The notes under the pieces: generated by a model | What the model was told of the DNA's origin: nothing | What the model saw: the letters and a program-made list of their open reading frames with translations, nothing else | Databases searched by the model: none | Shown: in pieces, positions 1 to 12,532 of the stretch | Layout: the number at the start of each line of letters is the position of its first letter | Position numbering within the stretch: position 1 is the stretch's first letter | Translations under genes and position numbers: made by a program | Source: the human T2T-CHM13v2.0 reference genome, Homo sapiens | NCBI RefSeq assembly: GCF_009914755.1 | Contig: NC_060926.1 | Reading direction: 5' to 3' (one strand) | Length of the DNA stretch: 64,000 nt

Positions 1-584
1 TCTCAAAAAAAAAAAAAAGAAGTTGAGGCAGAATTAATACAGACTTTCTCTAGAGGGCAAATTGGCAAAAAGTCTCAACAATTCAAAACTATCTAACACT
101 TTGACCCAGCAGTTCCATTTATAGTAGTTGATACTTAGGAGAGAATCATGGTAGTGCACAAAGATTTAGTTACAAAGATAATCATCACAACCTTGATTTA
201 CAATAGCAAAGAGATGGTAACACCTTAAATGTCTAGTATTTGAAGCTGAGCAAATAAACTGTAATATATTATATCTATATAGCAGTAGGTATAATTTGGT
301 CACCATAGCTTGCTTTGGCATTTTGGTGTTCTTGTAAAAGAACACTTACTGATAAGAAAAAGTATTCTCAATATATTGCTCATTGATAAAAGCATAAATC
401 TGCAGGTACAGTAAGAACCTTTTTTGTTAAAATGGAGAGAAAATAGTTTCATTTCAGTAGTAGCAATTTCTGGTAGTTGGGCAGTGGGTGACTTTTATTT
501 GTCTTTTTGCTTGTCTGTATTTGCTAAAGTATTGTACTGAATAGATTTTCAAGAATTAGTGATAATAGGGTTTAAGGATTTTAA

Positions 585-770
<186 letters not shown>

Positions 771-844
771 TAAAATATATATCTAAAGATTAATGCAGCA
801 GTTTGATTTTCTTCAAATTAGGCTTCCGAAGATGAGTCAACAGT

Positions 845-856
845 TATATATATATG

Positions 857-893
<37 letters not shown>
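845..893. repeat. (TA)n microsatellite
   Basis: Seen directly. Confidence 0.95.
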
Positions 894-898
<5 letters not shown>

Positions 899-1261
899 AT
901 GTTTTAGAAAGCAATAGTTATTAACATGTGCTTTAGAGTTTTAAACAGGTCTAAGTATGACAAACCATTACCACTTTCTACCTTTGTGACTTTGGGTGAA
1001 ATACTTTAAGCCTCCAAGGTATTGTGGGATCTAAATAAGATGCTATGTTAAAAGTGCTTAGCCAAGTGCTTGGGCCAAAATCAGCACTCGGCAAAACAGA
1101 AGCTATTTTTCTAAAAGATAAACATTCTTTATTAGTAGCCTGTTGTTAATTATCATTGGTACTGGCACAGTGTGTGTGTTTATATGGTTTGATTTTGGTA
1201 AACAGCTTGTGTTGCCCTCTGAATTGCTAGGTAAAAGTCCAAGAATTTTTATGTTATTTAA

Positions 1262-1357
<96 letters not shown>

Positions 1358-1378
1358 TCAACCTGATTTCACATAACA

Positions 1379-2842
1379 ATGTGTGGCATTTGTTGTTCTG
1401 TAAACTTTTCTGCTGAGCATTTCAGTCAAGATTTAAAAGAGGACTTACTATATAATCTTAAACAGCGGGGACCCAATAGTAGTAAACAATTGTTAAAGTC
1501 TGATGTTAACTACCAGTGTTTATTTTCTGCTCACGTCCTACACTTGAGGGGTGTTTTGACTACCCAGCCTGTGGAAGATGAAAGAGGCAATGTGTTTCTA
1601 TGGAATGGAGAAATTTTTAGTGGAATAAAGGTTGAAGCTGAAGAGAATGACACTCAAATTTTGTTTAATTATCTTTCCTCCTGTAAGAATGAATCTGAGA
1701 TTTTGTCACTCTTCTCAGAAGTACAAGGTCCCTGGTCATTTATATATTATCAAGCATCTAGTCATTATTTATGGTTTGGTAGGGATTTTTTTGGTCGCCG
1801 TAGCTTGCTTTGGCATTTTAGTAATTTGGGCAAGAGTTTCTGCCTCTCTTCAGTTGGCACCCAAACATCTGGATTGGCAAATCAGTGGCAAGAAGTTCCA
1901 GCATCTGGACTTTTCAGAATTGATCTTAAGTCTACTGTCATTTCCAGATGCATTATTTTACAACTGTATCCTTGGAAATATATTTCTAGGGAGAATATTA
2001 TTGAAGAAAATGTTAATAGCCTGAGTCAAATTTCAGCAGACTTACCAGCATTTGTATCAGTGGTAGCAAATGAAGCCAAACTGTATCTTGAAAAACCTGT
2101 TGTTCCTTTAAATATGATGTTGCCACAAGCTGCATTGGAGACTCATTGCAGTAATATTTCCAATGTGCCACCTACAAGAGAGATACTTCAAGTCTTTCTT
2201 ACTGATGTACACATGAAGGAAGTAATTCAGCAGTTCATTGATGTCCTGAGTGTAGCAGTCAAGAAACGTGTCTTGTGTTTACCTAGGGATGAAAACCTGA
2301 CAGCAAATGAAGTTTTGAAAACGTGTGATAGGAAAGCAAATGTTGCAATCCTGTTTTCTGGGGGCATTGATTCCATGGTTATTGCAACCCTTGCTGACCG
2401 TCATATTCCTTTAGATGAACCAATTGATCTTCTTAATGTAGCTTTCATAGCTGAAGAAAAGACCATGCCAACTACCTTTAACAGAGAAGGGAATAAACAG
2501 AAAAATAAATGTGAAATACCTTCAGAAGAATTCTCTAAAGATGTTGCTGCTGCTGCTGCTGACAGTCCTAATAAACATGTCAGTGTACCAGATCGAATCA
2601 CAGGAAGGGCGGGACTAAAGGAACTACAAGCTGTTAGCCCTTCCCGAATTTGGAATTTTGTTGAAATTAATGTTTCTATGGAAGAACTGCAGAAATTAAG
2701 AAGAACTCGAATATGTCACTTAATTCGGCCATTGGATACAGTTTTGGATGATAGCATTGGCTGTGCAGTCTGGTTTGCTTCTAGAGGAATTGGTTGGTTA
2801 GTGGCCCAGGAAGGAGTGAAATCCTATCAGAGCAATGCAAAG
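1379..2842 (+). CDS. ASNSD1: ASNSD1 coding exon 1: N-terminal Ntn glutamine amidotransferase-like domain (MCGI) plus start of the asparagine synthetase domain (SGGIDS PP-loop)
   Basis: 489-aa ORF; Cys2 Ntn nucleophile position, RGP and WNGEIF motifs; donor AAG|gtatga at 2843. Confidence 0.97.
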
Positions 2843-3009
2843 GTATGACACAGTGTTTCTTCTCCTGAGAATTCCTGAGACCTATTTTTGACCCTTAAAG
2901 CTTTTAGCATTTTGATTGTAAGAATATAGCATATTTTAGGTGCATTTATCTTATTTTCTTTACTGTGTAGTTGATAACATTTTTATACGGATTTCTTTAA
3001 ACCTCATAG

Positions 3010-3191
3010 GTAGTTCTCACTGGAATTGGTGCAGATGAGCAACTTGCAGGTTATTCTCGTCATCGTGTCCGCTTTCAGTCGCATGGGCTGGAAGGATTGA
3101 ATAAGGAAATAATGATGGAACTGGGTCGAATTTCTTCTAGAAATCTTGGTCGTGATGACAGAGTTATTGGTGATCATGGAAAAGAAGCAAG
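3010..3191 (+). CDS. ASNSD1: ASNSD1 coding exon 2 ([15 protein letters not shown]...RNLGRDDR...GKEA)
   Basis: catag acceptor, AG|gtaatt donor; asparagine synthetase GxGADE and RDDR motifs; phase 0 in, phase 2 out. Confidence 0.96.
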
Positions 3192-3478
3192 GTAATTCTA
3201 ATCATTTGAGTGTTCTTACGGTATTTTTATAAAAACAGCAGAGTGTAAATGGAGACTTTAAAGTTTGTTTTCTCTTTGGAGACTGTTCACATGAATAAGA
3301 GCAGCAATAATAGCTTGGCTTTGTATTATAAACAAAGTCAGAAACAGAGCTGGGAAGAGCCAGGAGAGCATTTATTTTCTAGAACTCATTCTCTAAGAAA
3401 TGTCTTTTCAGTAATTTTCAAAGGTAACATAATGACAGGATTGTTTTTAAGACTATAGTGAAAAATACTGTCAAAGTA

Positions 3479-3765
3479 GGCCAGGCATGGTGGCTCACAC
3501 CTGTCTTCCTAGCACTTTGGGAGGCCAAGGCGGGTGGATCACCTGAGGACAGGAGTTCAAGACCAGCCTGGTAAACATGATGAAACCCCACTTCTACTAA
3601 AAAATACAAAAAAATTAGCTGATCATGGTGCTGCATGCCTGTAGTTCCAGCTACTCGGGAGGCTGAGAATGGCTGAACCCAGGAGGTGGAGGTTGCAGTG
3701 AGCCCAGATTGCGCCACCGCACTCCAGCCTGGGAGACAGTGCGAGACTCTGTTTCCACAAAAAAC
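3479..3765 (+). mobile_element. Alu
   Basis: Dimeric Alu consensus. Confidence 0.92.
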
Positions 3766-5272
3766 AGAGTAAAACTGAGATAGTGAAATACTAAGAGAAG
3801 GTATTTAGAGGGTTTTGTTCAGCTTTTAATGTTTGCTTTCCTCCCAGTAAGGGCATAAGCCCCACCTGCAAGCCTTCTCCAGTGTTATAGAAACTGGCTT
3901 TGTCTCTATAGACATTTCTGTATGTACAGATCCATGCTGATTTGAAGGTAGTCCTTACACTGGATATTCCTCTGCCACGTTTTTTGAACACAATTTAGTT
4001 ACATATTGCAGATTACCTAAAACCTTCAAAGAAACCAAGGCACTTTCATGTATGTATTCTTGCTTTTCAGGTTTATTTTTACCTATATCATATTTCTGAA
4101 GGTAGTGAACAAGTACAGTATTTGAATAAAACTTTCTAAAACATTAAGTAAGGATAAAGGAAGATGTGACATTTAGTTATAAAGAGCAAAAATTCATTCA
4201 AGTAGGCTAATTGATTAAGTGGTAGTTTATTACAAGGGTGCAAGCATCCAAGAATAGGAAGTCCAAGTAAGCTTCATGAGAATTAAACATACTACACTTT
4301 CTCTCCCTCTCTCTCTCTCTCTCTTTGACTTCATTGTTTCTTGTCTCTACTTCAGTCTTTTCCTCTTTCCACTGACTTGTAGTTGCCTTTACACAGTTGT
4401 CTTTCTTAAGTTTCTGGTCCTAGCCCATGTAAAAGTTTAGCTACTATGTCATTATTCTGTCATAATTTTCAAGATTTCACTATAAACTGATAACTAATGC
4501 CATAATAAAGTCCGTAAACTGTTAAACTGTTTTCTCTTTGAAGGACATGAGAGAGGTAGAAATTCAGTCTGTTATTTCAGCTAGGTCATAGAGAAAGGAA
4601 TTTGTCTAGTAAAAGCCCTTACTTATGAAAGTATTATATTATGCTCAAATAAAAATGCATATGAAGAATGTTTAAAGCAGCTAATACAGAATTGTGATAT
4701 AACAAATATAGTGGCTAGATCTAAATAATTTATTACGTATCTTGACATACATATTAACAGTAGTGTGTTGATTTGATTCTCTAGTTAAATTTGCTTTTGC
4801 AACTCATTCATTTTTATGTAATATTCCAGATAACAAATGTCTTTGTCCTTTCCAATCTCTTAACCTAGAATAGGATGTAATAAAACGGAAACACTAGTGT
4901 AACTGTATTGCATTTTGAGATGTGGGATGGTGGGTGTTAAAGTATTTTAAACAGAAAAAGAACATAATTTTCTAGAAATTGGGGAAGGAAAAGGGCAGAA
5001 AGTTTTTTTTTAATCGAATATTTTGTTTCTAGGTCATCCCAGAATTTAGGGGAAAAAAATCTAATATTTTGTTCTGTTACAGTAATTTATCACCATTTAA
5101 TTGGTTTAAGTATAATTAAACAATTTTGAGTAACAAAATTTTACCATAAGTGTTTTGCAGGTTCAGGACTGTGGAGCCCTTCTATATTGGTTCCATATCC
5201 CTAAAGTGTCATTTCTTTAGACCTGATAAAGATCAGACACAGATTGAATAGTTAGTTAAGATCATGCTCGTA

Positions 5273-5454
5273 GGCTAGGTGCGGTGGCTCACTCCTGTAT
5301 TCCCAGCACTTTGGGAGGCCAAAGCAGGTGGGTCACTTGAGTTCAGGAGTCCGAGACCAGCCTGGGCAATGTGGCGAAATCTCATCTCTACCAACAAATA
5401 CAAAGATTAGCTGGGTGCGGTAGTGCTCACCTAGGCAAAAAAAAAAAAAAAAAA
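5273..5454 (+). mobile_element. Partial Alu
   Basis: Left arm plus polyA. Confidence 0.85.
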
Positions 5455-5686
5455 TCATGTTTGTTTTCAAGGCCTCCACAAAGATACCTTGTAAAACAAT
5501 TTGAAATTATTTCTGGACACAATAAACCTAATTTATTTATTGAGATTTAGACTATTTTGTAGTATATGTATTAAAATTAGTCATGTTGTGAAACAATTTG
5601 GTTAAATTTTAGCTATAAAACTGTGTATAAATCAAAGCAGGTTGATTTTATTTTTACATAGTGGTTATATTATCTGTCTATTTTAG

Positions 5687-5972
5687 ATTTCCTTTCCTGG
5701 ATGAAAATGTTGTCTCCTTTCTAAATTCTCTGCCGATTTGGGAAAAAGCAAACTTGACTTTACCCCGAGGAATTGGTGAAAAATTACTTTTACGCCTTGC
5801 AGCTGTGGAACTTGGTCTTACAGCCTCTGCTCTTCTGCCCAAACGGGCCATGCAGTTTGGATCAAGAATTGCAAAAATGGAAAAAATTAATGAAAAGGCA
5901 TCTGATAAATGTGGACGGCTCCAAATCATGTCCTTAGAAAATCTTTCTATTGAAAAGGAGACTAAATTGTAA
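5687..5972 (+). CDS. ASNSD1: ASNSD1 last coding exon ([10 protein letters not shown]...EKLLLR...KRAMQFG...KL*)
   Basis: ttttag acceptor ending 5686; phase matches; the three exons total 643 aa. Confidence 0.96.
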
Positions 5973-6099
5973 TGTGATTCACAATGTAACAATATAAAAA
6001 TAAGTTTTTATATAATTATATAAAAGTAAGATACTCTGCTGCTTTACTATTGTATAATATAGTAGTTTTAAAGTTCATTTGGTTGAATTTTCATTTTTT

Positions 6100-7150
6100 C
6101 CTGTCACAGAGCTTCTAAAACCATGGAATTTCCTTAGTGATAGGGAATATCTTTTGTTGTTCATAATAAGCCCCTTTTGATCACACCTGAGTTTATGCTA
6201 ATGCGGTGACTTAGGGTGAGGTCTCTAAATAGCCTTTAACACCTGCAGCTTGGGAGGCCAAGGCAGAGGGATCTCTTGAGTCCAGGAGTTTGAGAACAGC
6301 CTGGGCAACATGATGAAACCTCATCTCTACCAAAAAAAAAAAAAAAAAGTACAGAAAATTAGCTGGGCATGGAAGCATGTGCCTCCCTACTCAAGAGTCT
6401 GAGGTGGGAGGATCACTTGAGCCCAGGAAGTTGAAGCTGCAGTGAGGCTAGGATCATACCACTGCACTCCAGCCTGGGCGACAGTGAGACCCTGTCTCTA
6501 AAAATAAAAATAAAAACAAAAATAAAAATCAAGTGATTAGAAGAGTTGGAATTTCATCCCCACCCACCAACCTCTGGGAGGGAGAGTGGTGCTGAAAATT
6601 AAGGTCTATTAAACTTTATAAAAACTCTTGAACAAGATTTGATGAGCCTCTGGTTTGCTGAACATGTGGAGGTGCTGGGAGTGTGGTATGCCCAGAGAGG
6701 ACAAGGAAGCTCCCTCTCATCTTAATTTTTTTTAATACTTTGCCTTATGCATCTCTTCAATTTGGCTGTGCCTGAGATGTATCCTATATAATAAGCCAGT
6801 AAACGTAAGTATTTCTATGAGTGCTGTGAGCCATTCTAGCAAATTATCGAACCTGAATAGGGGGTCATGAAAACCCCCAGTTTATGTAGCTGGTCAATCA
6901 GAAGTACCAGAGATCCAGACTTGAAATTGCCATCTAAAGCAGAGACACCTTATGGCACTGAGCCCTTAAATGGAAGGATCTGACACTCACTCCAGGTAGA
7001 TAGAGGCAGGATTAAACTGTAGGATACCCAGCTGGTATTCAGAGAGCTGGAGAATTGCTTGGTAATTCTCCACACATCTGGTGGAAAAAATCCACACATC
7101 TGGTGTCAGAAGTGTTGTGTGAGAGTGAAGAGAAACAGTTTGTTTTCCCA
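6100..7150. mobile_element. LTR element (MER21-like) interrupted by an Alu at about 6235-6530
   Basis: Sequence resembles the MER21 consensus as recalled. Confidence 0.6.
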
Positions 7151-7366
7151 GACTCACTCTCTTTGATCACTCCATCCAGAAATGATTCAGTTCCCTCTCT
7201 TCAGGGACCATGGTTTAGACAGGGTCCTGTTTCATGGATAAAAGAACTACAGGTTTAAAGAAGCTAAACAATTTGCTTGAGGTTCATCCTCCTGAACAGT
7301 ACTTGTTACTTCTATTACATCTTTTTAGGCAGCTCATTTTCCCACCCCAGTAACTTTTAAAGACTA

Positions 7367-7485
7367 CAGTTGACCCCTGAACAACACATTTGAACTGTGC
7401 AGTTCCACTTATATGTGGATTTTCTGCCTCTGCCACCCCGAGACAGCCCCTTCTCCTCCTCAGCCTACTCAACCTGAAGACAAGA
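7367..7485 (+). mobile_element. Tigger-family DNA transposon end (Tigger2/MER28-like)
   Basis: ta-cagttgacccctgaacaacac terminal sequence. Confidence 0.6.
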
Positions 7486-7559
7486 ATAATTACGTCTTCC
7501 TCTACTTACTATGTCTTGCCTCTCATCCACAGTCACTCTCTCCACCTTTTTGTCTATTT

Positions 7560-8400
7560 ACTCCAACCTGACATCCACCCACATTACTCAACTGTTAACT
7601 GCCATACCAGTGTCACTGTGAAATCTGTCCATTAGGATCGACACCATTTCTGGATCTGGCCACCCTTTGATTCTTTAATCACAGTAGCAAATAAATTTTA
7701 GGATCCGGACAAACAGGTCAGTAACCTGGCAAAGGCTTTCACATGCCCCGAATTTATTCCCTGGAAGATGCAATGTTCAACCAAAATTTAGATACTGCCT
7801 ACATAGCTTTCATCCCTCAATCTGAAAGCAGACAACTTCAAGTGTCTGTGTGGGCCTGAGCACTAAATTGACATTGCTTATATTGGGAGTAGATGAACTT
7901 AAGAGGTTTGCCCCACGGCCTAGAATTGAATATTATAACACCAATACAGTTTAATACTGAAAATAGCTATAACTTATATAATGCTATATTCCAGGTGCTA
8001 CTCTATGAGATTTAAATGTATTAATCAGTCAAACTTTTATAAGGAATTTCCAGGTCATCTGCTCCACCAGAATACTGAGAGAGACAGAGAGAGGATACAC
8101 ATGCATGTGTGTGAACCCCAAGAGGGCCTGGGCATTTACAACCTTCTGCTATTCAATCCCATTAGCTCTGGGATGGAGTTCTGTGTTGATCCTTTAAAAA
8201 ATGAGGCATCTCTTTCCGAAGATTTGAGACACATGGAACAAACCATTTGGCTACCCAGGGGGAAACAATCCTTGAAGTAGGAGAATGTACATATATGGTT
8301 CATATTTCTTAAGTGCAAACATGCAAATCTTTGTAAAAAAAAAAGCCCTGGAATAGTCCTCATAAATTTATTAATATTTATTTCCATAGTAGCTAAAATA
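7560..8400 (-). other. Candidate endogenous Mononegavirales/bornavirus-like L (RdRp) fragment A, decayed, covering the polymerase core (pre-motif A to just after motif D)
   Basis: Minus-strand peptides in colinear order: PELMGLNSRRL (8171-8139), W..LNCIGV (7993-7937), YSILGRGAN (7932-7906), FRLRDESYV (7826-7800), IFQGINSGHVKAFARL (7769-7722). These resemble remembered BoDV L PELQAPICRQL, LW..LREINV, FNILGQGDN, HNLKVEECWV, FFRGVPVPGCLKQLSRV. Alignment by eye only. Confidence 0.6.
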
Positions 8401-8429
8401 ATGACATGGTTACTGGAAGAGAAATTCTG

Positions 8430-9515
8430 CCCCAAACAGTCACCAAGAACTTCCAAGCTGCTGCATTCAGTGGAAGTTTGTTCTCATCTCCCCTGACCGA
8501 GCAGCAGCATCCGATAAAGTTGGCCATTCCTTTTTTTTTTCCACACACTTCTTTGGCTTCTGTGACCAATTTTGGTTTTCCTCCTGCCTTCTTGGCTGTT
8601 CTTTTTGTCTTCTTTGCTGACTTCACTCTCTCTACCTGACGTTTAAATGTTAAATTTCTCAGGTCTCTAATCCTTGGTTCTCAACTCCTCATTCTGCACG
8701 CTCTCCCTTGGTGATTTCAACCCCACTCCTGGCTTCAATTACTATAAATCTGCCAAAATTTATACATCTAACCCCTACTGCCATTCTTAGCCCAGAACTG
8801 TTTATCTAAAGCATATCTCACATCTCAATTTCTCTCACAGGTACTTCAAGGTCAATTAGTACATAACTGAACTCTTAATCTTGCCCTGATATCCTGTTGC
8901 TCCTGACAGAAATGTGGTTCTGACTTGGACACAACCTTCTTTTTCAACATATCCCCAATCTGTCACCAACAGGCAACCTCATTATTTTTCAAATCTGTCC
9001 ACAGTCCCTGAGCCCCACCTCCACTGCCACTACTGTAGGCTAATCCTTTGGGATGAAATTCAAAATCATTACTCAGCAGCCTGCATGATCTGTCCATCGC
9101 GCACCTCAGCAGCTCGGTTTGTGCCCACATCTCTCTTGTTCTCTAAGCAGGGTTTTGCGGTTTCTCAACCATTTCAACTTTGTTCTCACTTCAATTCTTT
9201 CTCTCCTGCTGTTCCCTGTTCCTGAAAAGCTACTTGTCCAGTCCTTTGCTTGGGTAGCTCTTTTCCATCTTCTAGGCTCGGAGGGGAAAAGGGCACTTCC
9301 TTAGGCAGCCTTTCCTAGCCCTGGGCTAGGTTAGCTTTCATTCGAGTGCTGTCATTCCATCTAATATTGGCACACTGTTAAATATAGCTGTGAGATGATC
9401 TGTTCAACTGTAAGCTCCTTGGGGTTTCGTGTCTGCCCTGTTTTCTAGGGTTTCCAGCTTGTAGCTGGGTGCCTGACTCATAATAGGTGTTCCATAAATG
9501 CTTGTTGAATGAAAG
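8430..9515 (+). mobile_element. L2 LINE fragment
   Basis: Pyrimidine-rich L2-like sequence ending in ...ataaatgcttgttgaatgaa. Confidence 0.6.
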
Positions 9516-9539
9516 AATGATGATGGAGGTGGTATTCCA

Positions 9540-10180
9540 ACTCGGGACTGCCTCAACGCCCGGCGCTGTCTCCTCTGCTACTCTGTTTCGGTGTTTTAGC
9601 AGAGGCAGATAGTGAGGGCGGCACAGTGCCCACGGCATGCCGCTGGACTAAGCGCTAAGCGGGCTTGGGATGATGCGCACGCGGGGGGTCTGAGCCAGCC
9701 AAGGGGCCGGGCGCCGCCTGGGGGCGCTGCGGCTGCTGCGGGACGCACCAGGCCTAGTCGCCCGCAGGCTCCGCCCGAGGAGCAGCCCAGCCACCCCAGG
9801 GCCCGGAGGACCAACCGCTTCGACCCGCGCCCGGGCGGCGGCAGTGTTGGCCGGCGAGGCGAGGAGGGCCGGGCCGCCACGGTGGGGCGAAAAGCCCTGA
9901 AAGTTCCTCTCAGTTCCTTCCGGTGCGCCTCCCGCTCGCCCTTGCGGAGGCCCTGAGGGCGGATTCAAGGCCCCGCGAGAAGCCATCTGAGGCGGCGACG
10001 ACTGTTCTCAGCCCCACGGGAACGCCGCGGACGCAGCGTCCCTCTCCCGGACAAGAAAACAGCCATTCTAGAGTAGGTTCCTCCCCTTTCCTTGTTTTTT
10101 CCCCTTTCCCGTGCCCATGGCTGACGCGAGCTGCTTTTGGACGTGGGTCCCGGGCTTGACTGGACAGACGTGGGTTCTGT
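9540..10180. promoter_or_regulatory. CpG island, likely ANKAR promoter / non-coding first exon region
   Basis: Sharp GC- and CpG-rich block in an AT-rich background about 1.5 kb upstream of the first ANKAR coding exon; NRF1-like TGCGCACGCG at 9674-9683. Confidence 0.85.
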
Positions 10181-10604
10181 TTCTGAAAGGCGTAAAACCT
10201 CAGACTTGTCCTGCAACCTCCTGGTCTCCGTTTTTGCCTCTATAAAGTGGGCATAACAAGGTCTGACTCACTGACCTGGGGTCTCAGGTGTGGCGCCCAA
10301 ACCAGCACTATCAGCATTTCCTGTAACTTTACTAAAACGCATATTTTCTGGCCCCACTACAGCTCATTGAATCAGAAACTCAGTGGTGGGATTCAGCGAT
10401 TTGTATTTGAACAAGCCCCAGGTGATTTTGATACAAGCTAAATTTTTGAGAACCACTATATAATAGAGACCAATCAGATGAAATAAATCAAACCATTATA
10501 TAGTAAAGAACCTGGCTCAATAAATAGTAGTTGTGGTTATTATTATTTCAGGAATAGACAGGCATTCATTGGCACAGAAATTGAAGGTTAAGCAAATGCT
10601 TCTT

Positions 10605-10918
<314 letters not shown>

Positions 10919-10957
10919 TAGTCTTGCTTTAAAAAACTGAAAACAAAATAAATATCC

Positions 10958-11360
10958 ATATGATTTGGATATTTATCCCCTCCAAATCTCATGTTAAAAT
11001 AGATTCCCCAATGTTGGAGGTAGGGCTTGGTGCGAGGTGTTTGGATTATGGGGGTGGATCCCTCATGAATGGCTTGGTGCTTTCCTGGCAGAGTGAACTC
11101 TACCTCTGAGCTCATGAAAGATCTGGTTGTTTAAGAGTAGACACCTCCCCTTTCTCTCTATTGTTCCGTCTCTTACCATGTGACACACTGGCTCCCCTTC
11201 CCCTTCCGCCATGATTGTAAGCTTGGTCTCACCAGAAGCTGAGCAGATGCTGGTGCCATGCTTGTACAGCCTGCAGAATTGTGAGCCAAATAAACCTCTT
11301 TTCTTTATAAATTATGCAGTCTCAGGTATTCCTTTATAGCAACACAAACAGACTAACACG
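10958..11360 (+). mobile_element. MaLR LTR (MST-like)
   Basis: Typical ccaaatctcatgtt...gccaaataaacctcttttctttataaatta...gactaaca. Confidence 0.8.
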
Positions 11361-11733
11361 AACATATACAAAAGAATGCCTCTCCAACAACAAAATAGGT
11401 ATGTAACAGTAGCTTCTCACAGATAAACTTAACGTTTCTTTTTGACATACATCTTCTTGTCTTTTGAATTCTTTGAAAAGCAGAACATGGTTAATGATAA
11501 AGGTTTTATAATTTTAATTATTTTAATTCAAATTTCAGTTTTCATATACTGCAGTTATTTTTAATTTGAAAACTATAATGGTTGACCATGAAAAATTAAT
11601 CTTATGTAGGTGAAAGGTACAGATTTATTTCTAGACAAATCCAGTTTCATTGGCATGTCAGATTTTATTGATAATCTTTTCCTTCTTATTCATTGCAGAA
11701 GCTTCAAAAAGGACACACTAGATTTAATTAGAA

Positions 11734-12334
11734 ATGTTAAGATTGCCCAAAAAAGGATTACCTAGATTTGAGCAAGTTCAGGATGAAGACACCTACCTGG
11801 AAAATTTAGCAATACAAAGAAATGCATCTGCTTTTTTTGAAAAATATGATCGGAGTGAAATACAAGAGTTACTAACTACTGCACTAGTTAGCTGGTTGTC
11901 TGCCAAAGAGGATGTGCGCTCTCAAGTAGACCTCCCATGTGGAATTATGAGTCAAATGAATAACGTAGGCTTCTCCACTGCAATCCTACTGACTCCCGTG
12001 GACCCTACTGCCCTCTTAGACTATAGAGAGGTCCATCAAATGATAAGAGAGTTGGCTATTGGAATTTATTGCCTAAATCAAATCCCTTCCATCAGTTTAG
12101 AAGCTAATTATGATCAGAGTTCTTCTTGTCAATTACCTCCAGCTTATTATGATACCAGAATTGGGCAAATTCTGATCAATATTGACTACATGCTGAAAGC
12201 ACTATGGCATGGAATATATATGCCCAAAGAAAAACGAGCTAGATTCTCTGAATTGTGGCGTGCCATCATGGACATTGATCCTGATGGAAAACCTCAAACA
12301 AATAAAGACATTTTTTCAGAGTTTAGTTCAGCAG
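11734..12334 (+). CDS. ANKAR: ANKAR coding exon 1 (exon begins 11699)
   Basis: ttgcag acceptor ending 11698; in-frame stops upstream of ATG 11734; CAG|gtaaga donor; phase 1 out. Confidence 0.93.
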
Positions 12335-12532
12335 GTAAGAGAATTTAACACTTCTTAAATTTTTTTTTTTTTTTTTGGAACAGAGTCTTACTACGTCACC
12401 CAGGGTGGTCACGAACCCCTGAGCTCAAGCCATTCACCCACCTAGGCCTCCCAAAGTGCTAGGATTACAGGCATGAGCCGCTGCACCTGGCCACTTCTTA
12501 ATTATTTTTATTCAATGCCATTTTTAAAATTT

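Noticed and set aside
1632-2024. 130-aa alternative-frame ORF inside ASNSD1
   Set aside because: Non-ATG start, no motif; shadow ORF of the coding exon
9596-10216. Several overlapping 78-114 aa ORFs on both strands
   Set aside because: Expected stop-codon scarcity in a CpG island; low-complexity Arg/Pro/Gly/Ala peptides with no recognisable domain
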